NCBI GenBank assembly: GCA_951406725.2 | Contig: OX597835.1 | Span: forward strand, 43,276,001 to 43,340,000 | Source of the DNA: Octopus vulgaris | Lineage: Eukaryota | DNA length: 64,000 nt | Reading direction: 5' to 3' | Shown: piece after piece, positions 1-13,647 of the stretch | How positions within the stretch are numbered: position 1 is the stretch's first letter | How the letters are laid out: each line of letters opens with the position of its first letter | Translations under genes and position numbers: made by a program | The notes under the pieces: model-generated | The model's database searches: none | What the model saw: the letters and a program-made list of their open reading frames with translations, nothing else | What the model was told of the DNA's origin: nothing

Positions 1-120
1 AGGAGTGGGGCTGAAAGAATGAGAGGGAAGTCAGATGAGGGAAACGAAGGATGGAGGAAGGAGAATGCAGATGCGCGAAGGAAGGTGAAGCTGGACAAGG
101 AAGTGTGAGGCTGAGTGAAA

Positions 121-480
121 GAGAATAATGCTGGATGAAGGAGAGTAAAGCCGGACGAGGGAGAGTAGAGCTGGACGAAGATGGGGAAGCCTGGATGAAG
201 GAGAGTAGGGCCAGACGAGAGAGAGTAGAGCTGGACGAAAGTGGGGAAGGCTGGATGAAGGAGAGCAGGGCTAGACGAGGGAGAGTAGAGGTGAAAGAAG
301 GCGGGGAAGTCTAGATGGAGGAGAGTAGGGCCAGACGAGGGAGAGTAGAGGTGGAAGAAGGCGGGGAAGCCTAGATGGAGGAGAGTAGGGCCAGACGAGG
401 GAGAGTAGAGGTGGTAGAAGGCGGGGAAGCCTAGATGGAGGAGAGTAGGGCCAGACGAGGGAGAGTAAATTTGGACGAAG
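121..480. repeat. GA-rich minisatellite, 60-bp period (about 6 copies)
   Basis: gcggggaagcctagatggaggagagtagggccagacgagggagagtagaggtggaagaag recurs in register every 60 nt. Confidence 0.85.
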
Positions 481-669
481 GTGGAGGAGGATGAATGAAT
501 AAGGGAAAGTAATTTGTTATCGAGGAATTAATAATATAATAGTAAAAAAAAAAGAAAAAGAAAAATAACAAGGTGCTGGTGGCGGTGGCGGAGGGGGGGA
601 CAACTGATAAGAGCGTGCGGAGTGGTAAGGGGAGATAATTTGAAGGAGTTGGAACGGGAAGACAAAGCG

Positions 670-880
670 AAGGCGGTGGTGGCGGCGGCGGCGGTGGCTG
701 TGGTGGCAGTGGTTGGTGGTGGTGGTGGTGGCGGCGGCGGCGGCGGCGGTGGTGTTGGTGATGGTGGTGGTGGCGGTGGCGGTGGTGGTGGTGGTGGCGG
801 TGGTTGGTAGTGGTGGTGGTGGTGGCGGCGACGGTGGTGGTGGCGGTGATGGTAGTGATGGTGGTGGTGGTGGTGGTCAT
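670..880. repeat. (GGT/GGC)n trinucleotide microsatellite
   Basis: Direct sequence; explains the poly-G/V/H ORFs. Confidence 0.9.
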
Positions 881-1185
881 AATCATCGTCTTGATGGCGA
901 TCGCTGTGGTTAAATCTGAATCAGTATGCGTATATCAGGGACAAAATTTGTGTGGATGTAAAAGGCTGTATCTGAATATTTATGTATGTACGTATGTATG
1001 CATGTGCATATGTATGTATATGTGTGTATGAGTGTGTATGTGTGTATATATATGTGTGCATATGGATGCGTGTATTATTAAAGACAAGAATCACGCCCCC
1101 ATTTTAAGGATATTTTTGTAATATGCTATTAATGAGATAATTACTGTAGTTCTTTATGTTTGCAAACAAAAGCTTTTCCAAAGTC

Positions 1186-1227
1186 CATCGACGTTTCAAG
1201 AATTTCCAAGGTTTTGTCTTCGGGCTG
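1186..1227 (-). ncRNA. Degenerate minimal hammerhead-like motif
   Basis: Minus strand reads cagc-CCGAAGA-caaaaccttggaaattctt-GAAACGTC-gatg; core and stems partly mutated. Confidence 0.4.
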
Positions 1228-1449
1228 AGGCTATTTAAATAAATCACTGGTTTCTCGAGTGTGAGGCTAAAACAAATAATTTAATTTTTTCATCGACCTC
1301 GCTCCCAAAAATGCGTTATGCATGCAAATCAATAAATCCGAGTTACCAGGCTAATGATGTATTTATAATCAGCGTCTTCACGTTCAGTTAAAGACACTGA
1401 TGAACAGCTGTTGTCTCTGTGTTGTTGGTTTACTTTTTTATATATGCAG

Positions 1450-1855
1450 ATTCCACAGCCTCAAACAGAAGATTCTACAACCCTAGCAACAGATACCACA
1501 GCTCCTAACAACAGAATGTGCAACCCTTAGCAACAGATACTAGCAACAGATATTGAAACCTCTACCAATGGATAATACACCCCCTTACAACATAAACTAG
1601 AGCCCCTAGGAACAAATACTATAGCTCCTAGCAACAGATACTACAGCCCCTAGCAACAGAAACTACTACCCCTAGCAACAGGCACAACAGCCCCTAATAA
1701 CAACAACAGACTCTGAAATTTCCAGAAACAAATCGCCACAGCCAGACTACTTTCTTAATCACAGATACTACAGCCCCTAGCAACAGAAACTACTGTCCCT
1801 AGCAACAGACACTGCAGTCCCTAGCAACAAATACTATAGCCCCCTAGCAACACAG
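1450..1855. repeat. Degenerate ~22-bp minisatellite (cccctagcaacagatactacag)
   Basis: Repeated ctagcaacag units. Confidence 0.8.
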
Positions 1856-2139
1856 TCAGAGTTGTTACCGTGCTACTATAGATCGGACTCATCGCTTTAT
1901 TCTATATTTAATAAATTTTAATGCTAGAGTTATCTGCCCACCTTCCTTTAATGACGATAATTAATCATTATTGTTTCCTGTTCACTGCAGATGTAACTTT
2001 TAATTAATCAAAGTTTCTATTTCTGTTACATTAAACATGTCAGCTTTCGCTTTAATAAGAACTGGGCGATTCACAGTGAAGATAGCACCATTGAATGGAT
2101 TGGAACAGACAGGTCTGAAGAAATGTCTTATAAAATAAA

Positions 2140-2450
2140 CGGCAAAATGTCTGTGTGTGTGTGTCCTTTATACAAATCCACAGTTAGAGGGCTCGCACTT
2201 TCTATGACCATTCAAAACCGTCCAAGGGTGGTCGTGCACATCTTTACATTTCCCCAGTCACCCCGCAAAGCCATTAAAAAATCAATAGAAGTGACTTTTT
2301 TGTGAATTTTCTATCCAAAACCCAATCAAAATACCCGAAACTTGATACGCCAATTGAATGCCAGCTAGCTGTATGTGATTGGTCGGAGATTTGGACAGTA
2401 CTCACGTGTATGTGCGCACGCACGCAGCTGTATATGCATGCACTAGCATG
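2140..2450 (+). mobile_element. End-truncated copy of non-autonomous Helitron-like family (same as 55054-55421)
   Basis: Near-identical reverse complement of the 55 kb element; flanked by 16-bp direct repeat tgtcttataaaataaa. Confidence 0.7.
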
Positions 2451-2484
2451 TGTCTTATAAAATAAATATAAAATATATACTGGA

Positions 2485-2670
2485 TTCGAATTTTGGCACA
2501 AGGCCGGCAATTTTAGGGACTCTAGTGTTCAGCTGGTACTATTTAAATAACCCCGAATGGATTAAAGGTAGAGTCGGCCCCGGCGGAATTTAAATTCTGA
2601 ATATGAAGATGGGCGAAATGTCGCTAAGCATTTCGCCCAGCGTCTCAACAATTCTGCCAGCCCGCCGGCT
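2485..2670 (-). mobile_element. tRNA-derived SINE family B (diverged)
   Basis: Homology to the ggcggcgagctggcagaa...gcctttcatcctttcggggtcga consensus. Confidence 0.7.
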
Positions 2671-2714
2671 TAAATATAAAAGTAAATATTAGAAAATAAC
2701 CAGTAAATGGAAAA

Positions 2715-3097
2715 TATGGTTGCGTGCTTAAAAAACTCACTTTGCAAATCCCATGGCTTCGTGTTCGGTCCCACTGTGCGGCATCTTGGGCGAATGTTTT
2801 CTATTTTAGCAACCCGGGGCGACCAACGCCTTTGTGAGAGAATTTGTTAGACGGAAATTGAATGAAAAGCCAGTGCTGCGCGCGCGCGCGGGTGTGTGTA
2901 TGTGTGTTTGACACCATTCGACAACTGGTGTTAATTTGTTTCCAATCCCATAACTTAGTGGTTCGGCAAAAGAGGCTGATACAATAAGTACAAGACTTTC
3001 AAATTGTATACTGGGGTCGATTTGTTCGACTAAACTCTTGAAGGGGGCGCTCCAGCATGGTCGCAGTCCAATGACTGAAACGAGTAAAAGATAAAAG
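2715..3097 (+). mobile_element. tRNA-derived SINE family A (diverged)
   Basis: Homology to the 39022-39425 copy. Confidence 0.75.
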
Positions 3098-3489
3098 AGA
3101 ATATTTACTCCCATTTAAAATGTTAGCCGGACTTTTTGTTTTAAATCTTTTAGTCCGGATGGAAGGCAGTATCCATGACTCTTTACAGAGACTCAGCGGG
3201 AAGAAGGTATCCTCAAAATAGAGACGAGACCAGAATGCTTGCAATAGAGTGGACCCCACTAAAGACATCCGGGGTCACAGGTGGTGGTGTGAAACTGTTC
3301 GACGGACTCAAACCACCACCTAAGAAGGCCACGCAGGATTTGAACACGGATTGGTAGAAGATAGAAGAGATACGGCATGACACCTCATCCGACGTTCCAA
3401 CAGTCGGACGAGATGTCGTACCTTCACCATTGATGACTGTTTCACTGCGAAGCCAGAACCGTTGATAGGCCGGCACTAAATAACCAGCG

Positions 3490-3860
3490 GCGCTCTTCAG
3501 TGAAGCTCTGGGTCTTATTAGGATATTGACTTGTCGCACTTCCATAAATGCTCCAAACGTAGTAATCGATATGATTCAAATCTGGCGAGATTGCAGGTCA
3601 GGAAGTTTGGTGTTATGTAACCGTAAAGATTGTCTGACATCCATTCTTGAGTTACGTCGGCTTCATGAGAAGGTGCTAAGTTTTGTTGAATCATGTGTGG
3701 CCTTCCACCGCGTACTTCATCCATCCAGAGTTTAACAATTCTTTCCAGCACCTCAACGTATCCAACAGCATTGATTCTAAAACCGAGTGAAAATATGTGA
3801 GGTTATGTGACATGACCTTGACCTTCATTATTCACCACACCTAAAACCATCACAGTTTAA
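3490..3860 (-). pseudogene. Tc1/mariner-superfamily transposase fragment (maT/DD37D-like)
   Basis: Minus-strand translation MVLGVVNNEG...YVEVLERIVKLW...IQQNLAPSH...SPDLNHIDYYVWS, frameshifted. Confidence 0.7.
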
Positions 3861-4074
3861 GGAGATTTAGTTTGCATCACATCAGAGGGATCAGCACATA
3901 GCCATCTGCCATTTCTCCGGTTAAACTTTTGGTCTTGCGCGAAGATTTTGTCATCAGAGAACAACCAAAGCTTGACCATGCTCGAGACGGTTTTTTAAAC
4001 CTTGTTAAGTAACTGTTTGGAACGGAACTAACGGTTTCCCTATGCTGTTGAAGACATGAACTGGCATCTCCTCC

Positions 4075-4325
4075 TTCATCATCATTGTTCGACCGCGGTC
4101 GAGACAATGGAATTTACCATGCTACGCCAGACTTCACGGTCCATCATAGCATTACGGAGGTCCTGTTGCTGGATGCCTGTATCCCTGGAGATTACATCAG
4201 GGTAGGAGAGTGTGCGCCCTCTGGTATCGCGAGTAGATGGCTTCCAGAGGAGAAGAGTAGAAATTACCTCGTTTTCAGCTCTACAACAATGTCCAGCAAA
4301 CTGGACTCTCCTATCTTTCTCCTCC
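4075..4325 (-). mobile_element. RTE-clade LINE 3' end fragment
   Basis: Minus frame FAGHCCRAENEVISTLLLWKPSTRDTRGRTLSYPDVISRDTG...MMDREVWRSMV* followed by (TGA)n tail. Confidence 0.75.
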
Positions 4326-4814
4326 TTACATACACCCAGTATCGAATGTCCCTATGCACCATAATCCCGCGGGTCCACTCCGACACATGAAGGTCTTTGG
4401 CGATGATCCTCATTGATTTTTCTGGGATCGATAATGTTTTGAACCGCTTGAATGAATTGCAGTGCCCTTTTGGCGTCCGAACGCTTAAAATGCTTTTTTT
4501 TTTTTTGACTCTTTGAGATATTCCTACCAGCGGCTTCCAAATTCCATCCCAGCTTCATAAACCACCGATCTTGCAGCATTTAGCAAGTTGGCAATTTCTA
4601 AATAGCTGCTGTATATTGTACACAGAGCAACAATGGCTGCACGTCTTTTAATTCGTTGTGTTAGCATTATTATCTGTCATGAGGGATTTGACAGATATTA
4701 TAACCTTTCAATAGGTTTGAACAGAGTAATATCCTGATAATTAATTGTCCTCATCTACTCACATACCCTTTGTACTCTGTATACGTACATACATACATAC
4801 ATACATACATACAT

Positions 4815-4914
<100 letters not shown>

Positions 4915-5035
4915 TCAATAATAATAAAGGATAAAATTGATTAATTAATTAATAATTAATAATTTTAACGAATAGTTCGTATGTTAAAAGAACCATTATC
5001 GGTAAACTTAGATAATTTTTTAAAATTTATGTATA

Positions 5036-5114
<79 letters not shown>

Positions 5115-5218
5115 GTCTATTATGTAGGCATATATACAATATATATATGTGTGTGTATAAACTAATTGATGTTAATGTTTAAATGGAGTGTGTAAACGCA
5201 TTAGTCTAAACGTTTAAT

Positions 5219-5254
<36 letters not shown>

Positions 5255-5275
5255 GCACACACACACACACACACC

Positions 5276-5482
5276 CGAGGGGTGGCTGAAAAGTTCCCGG
5301 CTCTGGGTAAAAGAAAATACAGAAGAATCAGTTGATTATGGTTTTTATTCGACATATTCCCAATTCTGATTCACACCCTTTTTTCAGCGGACCTTCATTT
5401 ATGCTAAGCCCTGTAAAAGAATTCGGAAGGTTGAACCTCCGACCGGGCCTTTCGCGACACCCTTAAAGCTAGGGGCTTTCCA
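5276..5482. mobile_element. Mariner-type MITE (family also at 27272-27488 and 27585-27791)
   Basis: cgaggggtggctgaaaagttcc ... ctttccagcgaccccgtcg-TA termini; homologous interiors. Confidence 0.65.
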
Positions 5483-5638
5483 GCGACCCCGTCGTATGCC
5501 CATGTTTCTGTGGCGGGGTGTATACGTTTCACTGCATATGTGGGTGTGTATCTTATACAAGTGTTTTGTATGTCATTGTGAATGTACATTTGTCACTGCG
5601 TAGAATGTTTGCGCGTTGTGCGTACATCGGTACATTAG

Positions 5639-5639
<1 letters not shown>

Positions 5640-5711
<72 letters not shown>

Positions 5712-5995
5712 GTGTGAATATATATATGTATGTATTTATATGTATTCGTGTGCCTGTGACTGGGCACCAATACGTGTGTGTGTGTGTGTATGTGTGTGTG
5801 TCTGTGTCTGTGTCTGTGTGTGTGTGTGTGTGTGTGTCTGTGTGTGTGTGTGTCTGTGTGTGTGTGTGTCTGTGTCTGTGTCTGTGCATGTGTGTCTGTG
5901 TGTGTGTGTGTGCGTGTGTGTGTGCGTGTGTGTGTCTGTGTGTGTGTCTGTGTGTGCGTGTGTGTGCGTGCGTGTGTGTGTGTCTGTGTGTGTGT

Positions 5996-6052
<57 letters not shown>

Positions 6053-6586
6053 TGTGTGTGTGTGTAAGTGTGAATAAAATAAGCGTGCTCCTGTGGATGT
6101 CAGAAGGGGAGAATAAAGGGGATGAGACAGAAGGGAGAGTAAGAGGCAGGAATGAAGGAGGGTGGGAGAGGCTGGAGAGGAGAAGGAGGGTGGTGGAGAG
6201 GGAGAGCCATGGAAGGAGAGGTGGGCGGAGTGTGTCTAAGATGTGAAGGAGTGTGAAGGCTAAAGAACTGCCATGACGTTGATAAAGGCGTATTTTTCAG
6301 ATTCTCAGCTCGCCACCCTCACACACACACACACACACACACATCACCAAAGCGCTGCCACCCTCGACGCTTAATCGGGTCACGTGGACCGTCAGTAATG
6401 GGATGGCGGATGCCAACACGGGTGCTGAATAAGTGTACACGCGTATGCACACACACACACACACACATATATACGTACATGCACACACATATACACATAT
6501 ACATATACATATGTGAGTGTACACGTTTGCGTGTTTGTGGGGACAAAGAGAGAGGGGGAGAAAGAGAGAGAGAAGACAAAAGAAAG

Positions 6587-6628
<42 letters not shown>

Positions 6629-7112
6629 AGGGAGGGAGGGAGGGAGAGAGAGAAGAAGAAGAAGAAGAAGAAGAAGAAGAAGAAGAAGAAGAAGGAGAAG
6701 AAGAAGAAGAAGAAGAAGAAGAAGAAGAAGAAGAGGGAGAAGAAGAAGAGGAGAAGAAGAAGAGGGAGAAGAAGAAGAGGGAGAAGAGGGAGAAGAAGAA
6801 GAGGGAGAAGAGGGAGAAGAAGAAGAAGAAATATAGATAGAAAGGAAGACAAAGAAGACAAGAAAATGAAGGAAAAAGAAAGGAAGGAAAAGGAAAGACA
6901 GAAAAGGAAGGAAGAGGAAGAAACGGGGAGAAGGACGACAAAAGAAAGAAGAACGTGGAGAAGGAGAGACGAAGTGGAGTGAAGAAATGGAAGTTTGAAG
7001 GATGTTGAAGTCGGGGTTAGGAGAAGAAGGAGAAGAAGGAATAATGGTTGGTTGTTGTGTCTCGGCGCGTGGAGGGCAGGCAGCTGGCAGACGCGTGACC
7101 CAGGCAGGGAGG

Positions 7113-7148
<36 letters not shown>

Positions 7149-7179
7149 ACCAGACGTTGTGGGGGAGACACAGAAAGGG

Positions 7180-7215
<36 letters not shown>

Positions 7216-7313
7216 AAGGAGAGACTAAGAGACACACAGACATTGAGATGGAAGTATCGCTGTGCAGACACTGAGCGACGTGTGGGTATGTGTGTGCCTG
7301 TATATATGTACAT

Positions 7314-7344
<31 letters not shown>

Positions 7345-7473
7345 CACACAAATATCTATATTTGTATATAAGCTTATATTAATATACATATATATATATA
7401 TCTATATATATACAGACAAATATGTATATGTGTATATATATATATATTTATATATATATATATATATATACAG

Positions 7474-7528
<55 letters not shown>

Positions 7529-7642
7529 GATGTATATATGTATGTATATCGGTATATAGGTTTGTGTGTCTATGTATGTGTATGTACATATATACATGAG
7601 GATATGCGTGTATGTTTTGTCTTTGTGTTTTCATGTTTGGAT

Positions 7643-7683
<41 letters not shown>

Positions 7684-8703
7684 ATATATATATATATATG
7701 TATGTATATATATAAGATATATAATGTATCTATATATTTACATATATATGTGTGTTTATGTATATGCGGGTGTGTGTGCTTATGTGTATATATATATATA
7801 TGCATGTGTGCGTGCATATGCGTGTGTGTGTGTGCTTATATGTATTTATGTATATGTATGTGTGTGTGTGTGTATGTATCTGTGACGTCTGGTGTTGCTA
7901 CTGCTGCTGCTGCTTGTCACAGCGAACGCGTCTTGTATAAAACCAGGTGAAAAGAAATGTGAGCACCCACCTACACACACACACACACACACACGCGCAC
8001 ACGCGCACACGCACACACGCGCACACGCACACTCCTCTTTCTCCAGTTTCGAAGGGGTATACACATACACACACATACGACGTAAACCTATGTGTGCGCA
8101 TATGAGTGTATTATGTGTATCTATGTACGTTTGTATTTATATAAGTGGGTGTGTATGTATGTGTGTGTGTATGGATGTATGTATGTATGTATGTATGTAT
8201 GTTTGTATGTATGTATGTATGTATGTATGTATGTATGTATGTATGTATGTATGTATGTATGTATGTATGTATGTATGTATGTATGTATGTATGTATGTAT
8301 GTATGTATGTATGTATGTATGTATGTATGTATGTATGTATGTATGTATGTATATGTATGTGTGTGTGTATGGATGTATGTATGTATGTATGTATGTATGT
8401 ATGTATGTATGTATGTATGTATGTATGTATGCATGTATGTATGTATGTATGTATGTATGTATGTATGTATGCATGTATGTATGTATGTATGTATGTATGT
8501 ATGTATGCATGTATGTATGTATATATGTATGTGTGTGTGTATGGATGTATGTATGGATGTATGTATGTATGTATGTATGTATGTATGTATGTATGTATGT
8601 ATGTATGTATGTATGCATGTATGTATGTATGTATGTATGTATGTATGTATGCATGTATGTATGTATATACGTATGTATGTATGTATGTATGTATGTATGT
8701 ATG

Positions 8704-8737
<34 letters not shown>

Positions 8738-9067
8738 TATTTGTATGTATGTATGTATGTATGTATGCATGTATGTTTGTATGTATGTATGTATGTATGT
8801 ATGCATGTATGTTTGTATGTATGTATGTATGTATGTATGTATGTATATTTGTATGTATGTATGTATGTATGTATGCATGTATGTTTGTATGTATGTATGT
8901 ATGTATGTATGTATGTATGTATGTATGTATGCATGTATGTTTGTATGTATGTATGTATGCATGCATGTATGTATGTATGTGTGTGTGAATGTATGTATGT
9001 ATATATGTATGTCTGTATGTATGTATGTGTGTGTATGTGTGTATGTATGTATGAATGTATGTATGTG

Positions 9068-9105
<38 letters not shown>

Positions 9106-9195
9106 GACACATACATGCGTATATATATATACACTTAAATGTGTATGTGTATGTGTGTATGTGCTGTATGTATGTGTGTGTGTGTGTGTATGTGT

Positions 9196-9233
<38 letters not shown>

Positions 9234-9235
9234 AC
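5640..9235. repeat. Compound microsatellite field: (TG)n, (GA)n, (GAA)n, (TA)n and about 850 bp of (TATG)n
   Basis: Direct sequence. Confidence 0.95.
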
Positions 9236-9555
9236 TCACGCACCAAGCCGGGCAAGCTTGGCAATAGGCCCAGGGCAATTCTAGGCTCCATTCTAAAAGC
9301 TCTCCGTCAGATATTTCAGTTATCATCGCTAAATACGCATGATTTATGCTCGGTTACATGTATGTAAATAATGAAACATGCAGTGTGCGGTATGTGTGTG
9401 GTGTGTGTGCTGTGTGTGTGCTTGTACATGTAGCGTACATCCATGTCCGAGCAGATAAAAAGGAAATGAACGGAATGAAAGAAGAAGAAGAATTTCTGCA
9501 TAAATTCCTTGACAATCTGCCGCTTCCACATGTATTCTTTCCCTTTTGTTGAAAT

Positions 9556-9802
9556 CAGTGCTTCTCAACCAATTTTGCCTAAGGATTTGATCCCTATTTT
9601 ACTCGGGTGGACCCTCATAGCAATTTGATGTCTAAAAACCACTATTTTATTAGGGTTGAATATTTTTAGGATCTGTATAAAAATTCGTTAAAAAATGCTT
9701 TTGCATTGTAGGAATATAACCAGTTTTATTGCACATAAGTTTTAACAACAAAATCTTATATGAACCACCCTGGGCCTTATGGACACAAGTCGAGAATCGC
9801 TG
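9556..9802. mobile_element. hAT-type MITE (diverged)
   Basis: cagtgcttctcaacc ... gtcgagaatcgctg TIRs; related to 29130-29704 and 36062-36325. Confidence 0.6.
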
Positions 9803-10209
9803 GTTTAAGTTTTGCAAATTACCCGAGCCATTTGGTGTTCTAATAATTTTTTATCTGTCTTTGTCTCTTGATTACTAGAGAAAAAACTTGGGCAGTTGCT
9901 GTGCTGATGACGCTGATACAGGGAGAAACACGTATCGGTGACTGTCCTCTTCTCTGCAGACAACGAGCCTGTCGTTTTTTTTAAATGGCATGTCAATTTT
10001 GGTGACATTTTGATTCTCCAGATTATCACCCCCTCTGGAATGGAGCTGATCTTAATTGCAATTTTTACTCTTTTACTCGTTTCAGCCATGCGGCCGTGGT
10101 CATGCTAGAGCACCAATTTGGTCATTATAATAATCAAGGCAACGAAGTGATAGAGCCATTAGCATGCCGAGCAAAATGCTTTATGTTGTATGGCATTCTA
10201 TATACCTGT

Positions 10210-10305
<96 letters not shown>

Positions 10306-10391
10306 TTAGAGACAAAACCACTATTTTGTAAATCAAACAAGGAAAGACTTAATCAATACATAAAAAATTTTAATATAAAGTAAATAAATCG

Positions 10392-10435
10392 CCACTACAA
10401 TTGTTTCCTGTCTTCAAATGACATTCATCAGGTGG
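10392..10435 (-). ncRNA. Minimal type-I hammerhead ribozyme, canonical core
   Basis: Minus strand reads ccac-CUGAUGA-a-uguc-auuugaa-gaca-g-GAAAC-aauu-GUA-gugg: stems I and II present, palindromic stem III ACAAUUGU. Confidence 0.8.
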
Positions 10436-10463
10436 ATTTCATATCTTCCATTCCCTAATATTT

Positions 10464-10534
<71 letters not shown>

Positions 10535-10537
<3 letters not shown>

Positions 10538-10883
10538 TGGATGCCCCCTCGTTATCGAGTATGGCCATTGCACGAAGCTTAATCAATGTTGTTATCGTTC
10601 AATGCCTGTGCAAGAAGATTTTTTTTTCGAGTGAGGAAAGGCTGTGCACTGAATCAATCCCACTCATTAAGCAACATCAGCCATAAGAAGAACAAGTCAA
10701 CATCATCGGTAACCACTGAGCCGCAGGTTTTCTATCGGAGTTATCCCAGTTACCTGAGTTACCTTCTCCTAGAAGAATGCCCTAACAAAGGCTGGGAGTC
10801 CTTCATTCCCAATGGTTTAATCGCACGACCGGGTATTCAGTCCGATTATTTCTATGTCCCCGCGCATGACACAGCCTTAAGAC
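10535..10883 (-). mobile_element. Probable RTE-related non-autonomous retroelement
   Basis: Minus-strand tctaggagaaggtaactc...aaaacc resembles the RTE 5'UTR motif; inserted in (TA)n. Confidence 0.45.
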
Positions 10884-10922
10884 ATTTATTATATATATAT
10901 ATATGTCTGTATGTAGGTATGT

Positions 10923-10971
<49 letters not shown>

Positions 10972-10989
10972 TGTATGTAGGTATGTAGG

Positions 10990-11020
<31 letters not shown>

Positions 11021-11331
11021 CTGTATGTAGGTATGCATGCACAGATGTATGTATGTTTGTATGTATGTATGAAATACATAGTGTATGTACATAGTGTAGA
11101 CCTGCGCCGGTCTAAAAAGGCATTCGAGTATATATAACTAGGACAAAACAACCAACACTTGGCTACTTAAGGTGACACATGTTTGCACTGTCCGCCATGC
11201 AGGTTGTATACAGCTTTCGGGATTCAAAAGCCACTTACGCTTTTGCCTGCATGGAAAAAAGAACTTCTAACAGGAAGTTGTCAAGCTTTGAATATCTTAA
11301 ACTAAACCCCCCTCTCTTTCTATACTCACAG

Positions 11332-11362
<31 letters not shown>

Positions 11363-11521
11363 TGAAGGTAATATATATTTCCTTTTCGAAGTTTCGCCTC
11401 GAAAAGCTTTTCAAACTATCTGCCTGAAAAGCCTTGTTTAGCGAGACTTTGAAGTGAATGTCACATTAAAAAGAAGTAATTGAACCTCATGTATTGAGTT
11501 CTTTATTTAATATTTTCCATT

Positions 11522-11589
<68 letters not shown>

Positions 11590-11631
11590 GTATGTGTGTG
11601 TGTGTGTGTGTGTATACATACACAAATATAT

Positions 11632-11932
11632 AGGCGCAAGTGTGGCTGTGTGGTAAGAAGCTTGCTTCCCAACTAAATAGTTCCAGGTGCAGTCCCACTG
11701 TGTGGCACCTTCAGCAAGTGTCTTCTACTATAGCTTCGAGTGGATTTGGTAGACAGAAACTGAAAGAAGCCTGTCGTGTGTGTGTGTGTCTGTTTGTCCT
11801 ACCTCAATCGCTAAATTAGCGGTTCGGCAAAAGAAACCGACAGAATAAGTACTAGGCTTACAGAGATTTAGTCTTGGGGTCGATTCATTTGACTCAAGGC
11901 GGTGCTCTAGTACGGCCGCAAGTAAAAGATTA

Positions 11933-11935
<3 letters not shown>
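11632..11935 (+). mobile_element. SINE family A
   Basis: ggcgcaagtgtggctgtgtggtaag head, gtagacagaaactgaaagaagcc body. Confidence 0.8.
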
Positions 11936-12008
<73 letters not shown>

Positions 12009-12614
12009 GTGTATTTATGTGTGTATACGCATATGTATATACACACGCGCGCTTATACGCTTTTAACTAAGCTTCGTATCCATGGGATACGTGACACAAC
12101 TGAATGACATGCTTCTTTTGACTGTGGTAACTTCGGTAGCCTTTGGTAGCCGGGGTACCGGGGTTCATAGTTCGATCTCTCGTTGTGCTGGCTACGAATT
12201 TTACTGATGTTCGACTTTGTCTCTTCTGTTGTTGCTGCTGTTCTCATCATTCGAATCGTCATCGCCGTCGAGGTTGTTGCAGTTGTTGTTGTTGTTGCTG
12301 TTGAGGCTGTTGTTTTTGTTTAAACCCGGCTCAATGCTGATCCATTAGACCTGTCATCAAAGAGGCTCCAGCCATGACCTCTCCATCCATTGAGTATTTC
12401 TGACTCATATCAAGTGTACTCTTTCCTTTTCAGAAACAAATTAGGTTGTCATTTGTTGAGGCGAATTTTGGCTATTATTTCTAGCAGTTCAAGCGACCAC
12501 GTAGAGGCTACTAAGAGTTTTAAAATGAGGGGAGAATTCTACAAGTAATGAAGAGGGTGAGGGTGAGGATGGGGGTTGAGATTCTAAGGTTTCTGGCCCT
12601 TGCTGTTTATCTGA

Positions 12615-13081
12615 ATGAGGTGAAGAAGAGAGAGGAAGAGAGAGGAAGAAAGAGAGAGATAAAAAGAGAAAGAGAAGGGAAGCAAGAAAGAGAGTGAGAA
12701 CGAAAGGGGAAGAGACAAACACAAGAGAGGGAGAGAGAGGAGGAGAGAAAGAAAGAAAGGAAGAAGGAAAGAAAGAGAGAAAGAGAACGAAAGAGGAAGA
12801 GAGAATGTGACAGAGGGAGAGAGAGGAGTACAGAAAGGGAGGAAAAAAGAAAAAATAATAAAGAGAGGGAAAACAAGAGAGAGCGAGTGACTGAAGGAGA
12901 GAGAGTAAAAGGAGAGAGTGACAGACAGACAGACAATGGTGTTTCCTGGTTGTGGGAAAGAGAAAGAGATTTGTAGAGAGAGCAAGACAAAGAAAAAAAG
13001 ACTACAGCAGTTCGGTTGCATTGTGAGAAGGATTGGATCTCTCTCTCTCTCTCTCGCTCTCTCTCTCTTTCTCTCGCTCTC

Positions 13082-13129
<48 letters not shown>

Positions 13130-13225
13130 GCTCTTCCTCTCTCTTTCTCTCTCTCTCTCTTTCGCTCGCTCTTTCTCTCTCTCACTCTCTCTCGTTCCCT
13201 CTCTCTCGCTCTCTCTCTCACTCTT

Positions 13226-13265
<40 letters not shown>

Positions 13266-13277
13266 GCTCTTTCTCTT

Positions 13278-13322
<45 letters not shown>

Positions 13323-13325
13323 CTT

Positions 13326-13372
<47 letters not shown>

Positions 13373-13504
13373 GCTCTCTCTCTCACTCTTTCTCTCTCTC
13401 TCTCGCTCTTTCTCTTTCTCTCTCTCTCTCTCTCAATCTTTCTCTCTCAATCTTTCTCTCTCTTTCTCTCTCTCTCTTTCTCTCTCTCTGTCACTCTTTC
13501 TCTC

Positions 13505-13570
<66 letters not shown>
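12615..13570. repeat. GA-rich tract followed by CT-rich tract
   Basis: Direct sequence. Confidence 0.9.
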
Positions 13571-13647
13571 ACCGATACAAACATATTTAGAAAAATAGAA
13601 GGTAAAAAAATGAGAAAATAGCAAACTAAGGGGAGACAATCTCAATG

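Noticed and set aside
1391-1420. agacaCTGATGAacagctgttgtct, an HHR lacking stem II
   Set aside because: GAAA and stem II are absent; at most a deletion relic
7892-9367. 491-aa ORF and other long CV/YVCM/SL/HT ORFs
   Set aside because: Translations of stop-free microsatellites
9898-9945. CTGATGA...GAAAC.GTA hammerhead candidate
   Set aside because: No stem I pairing and a weak stem II
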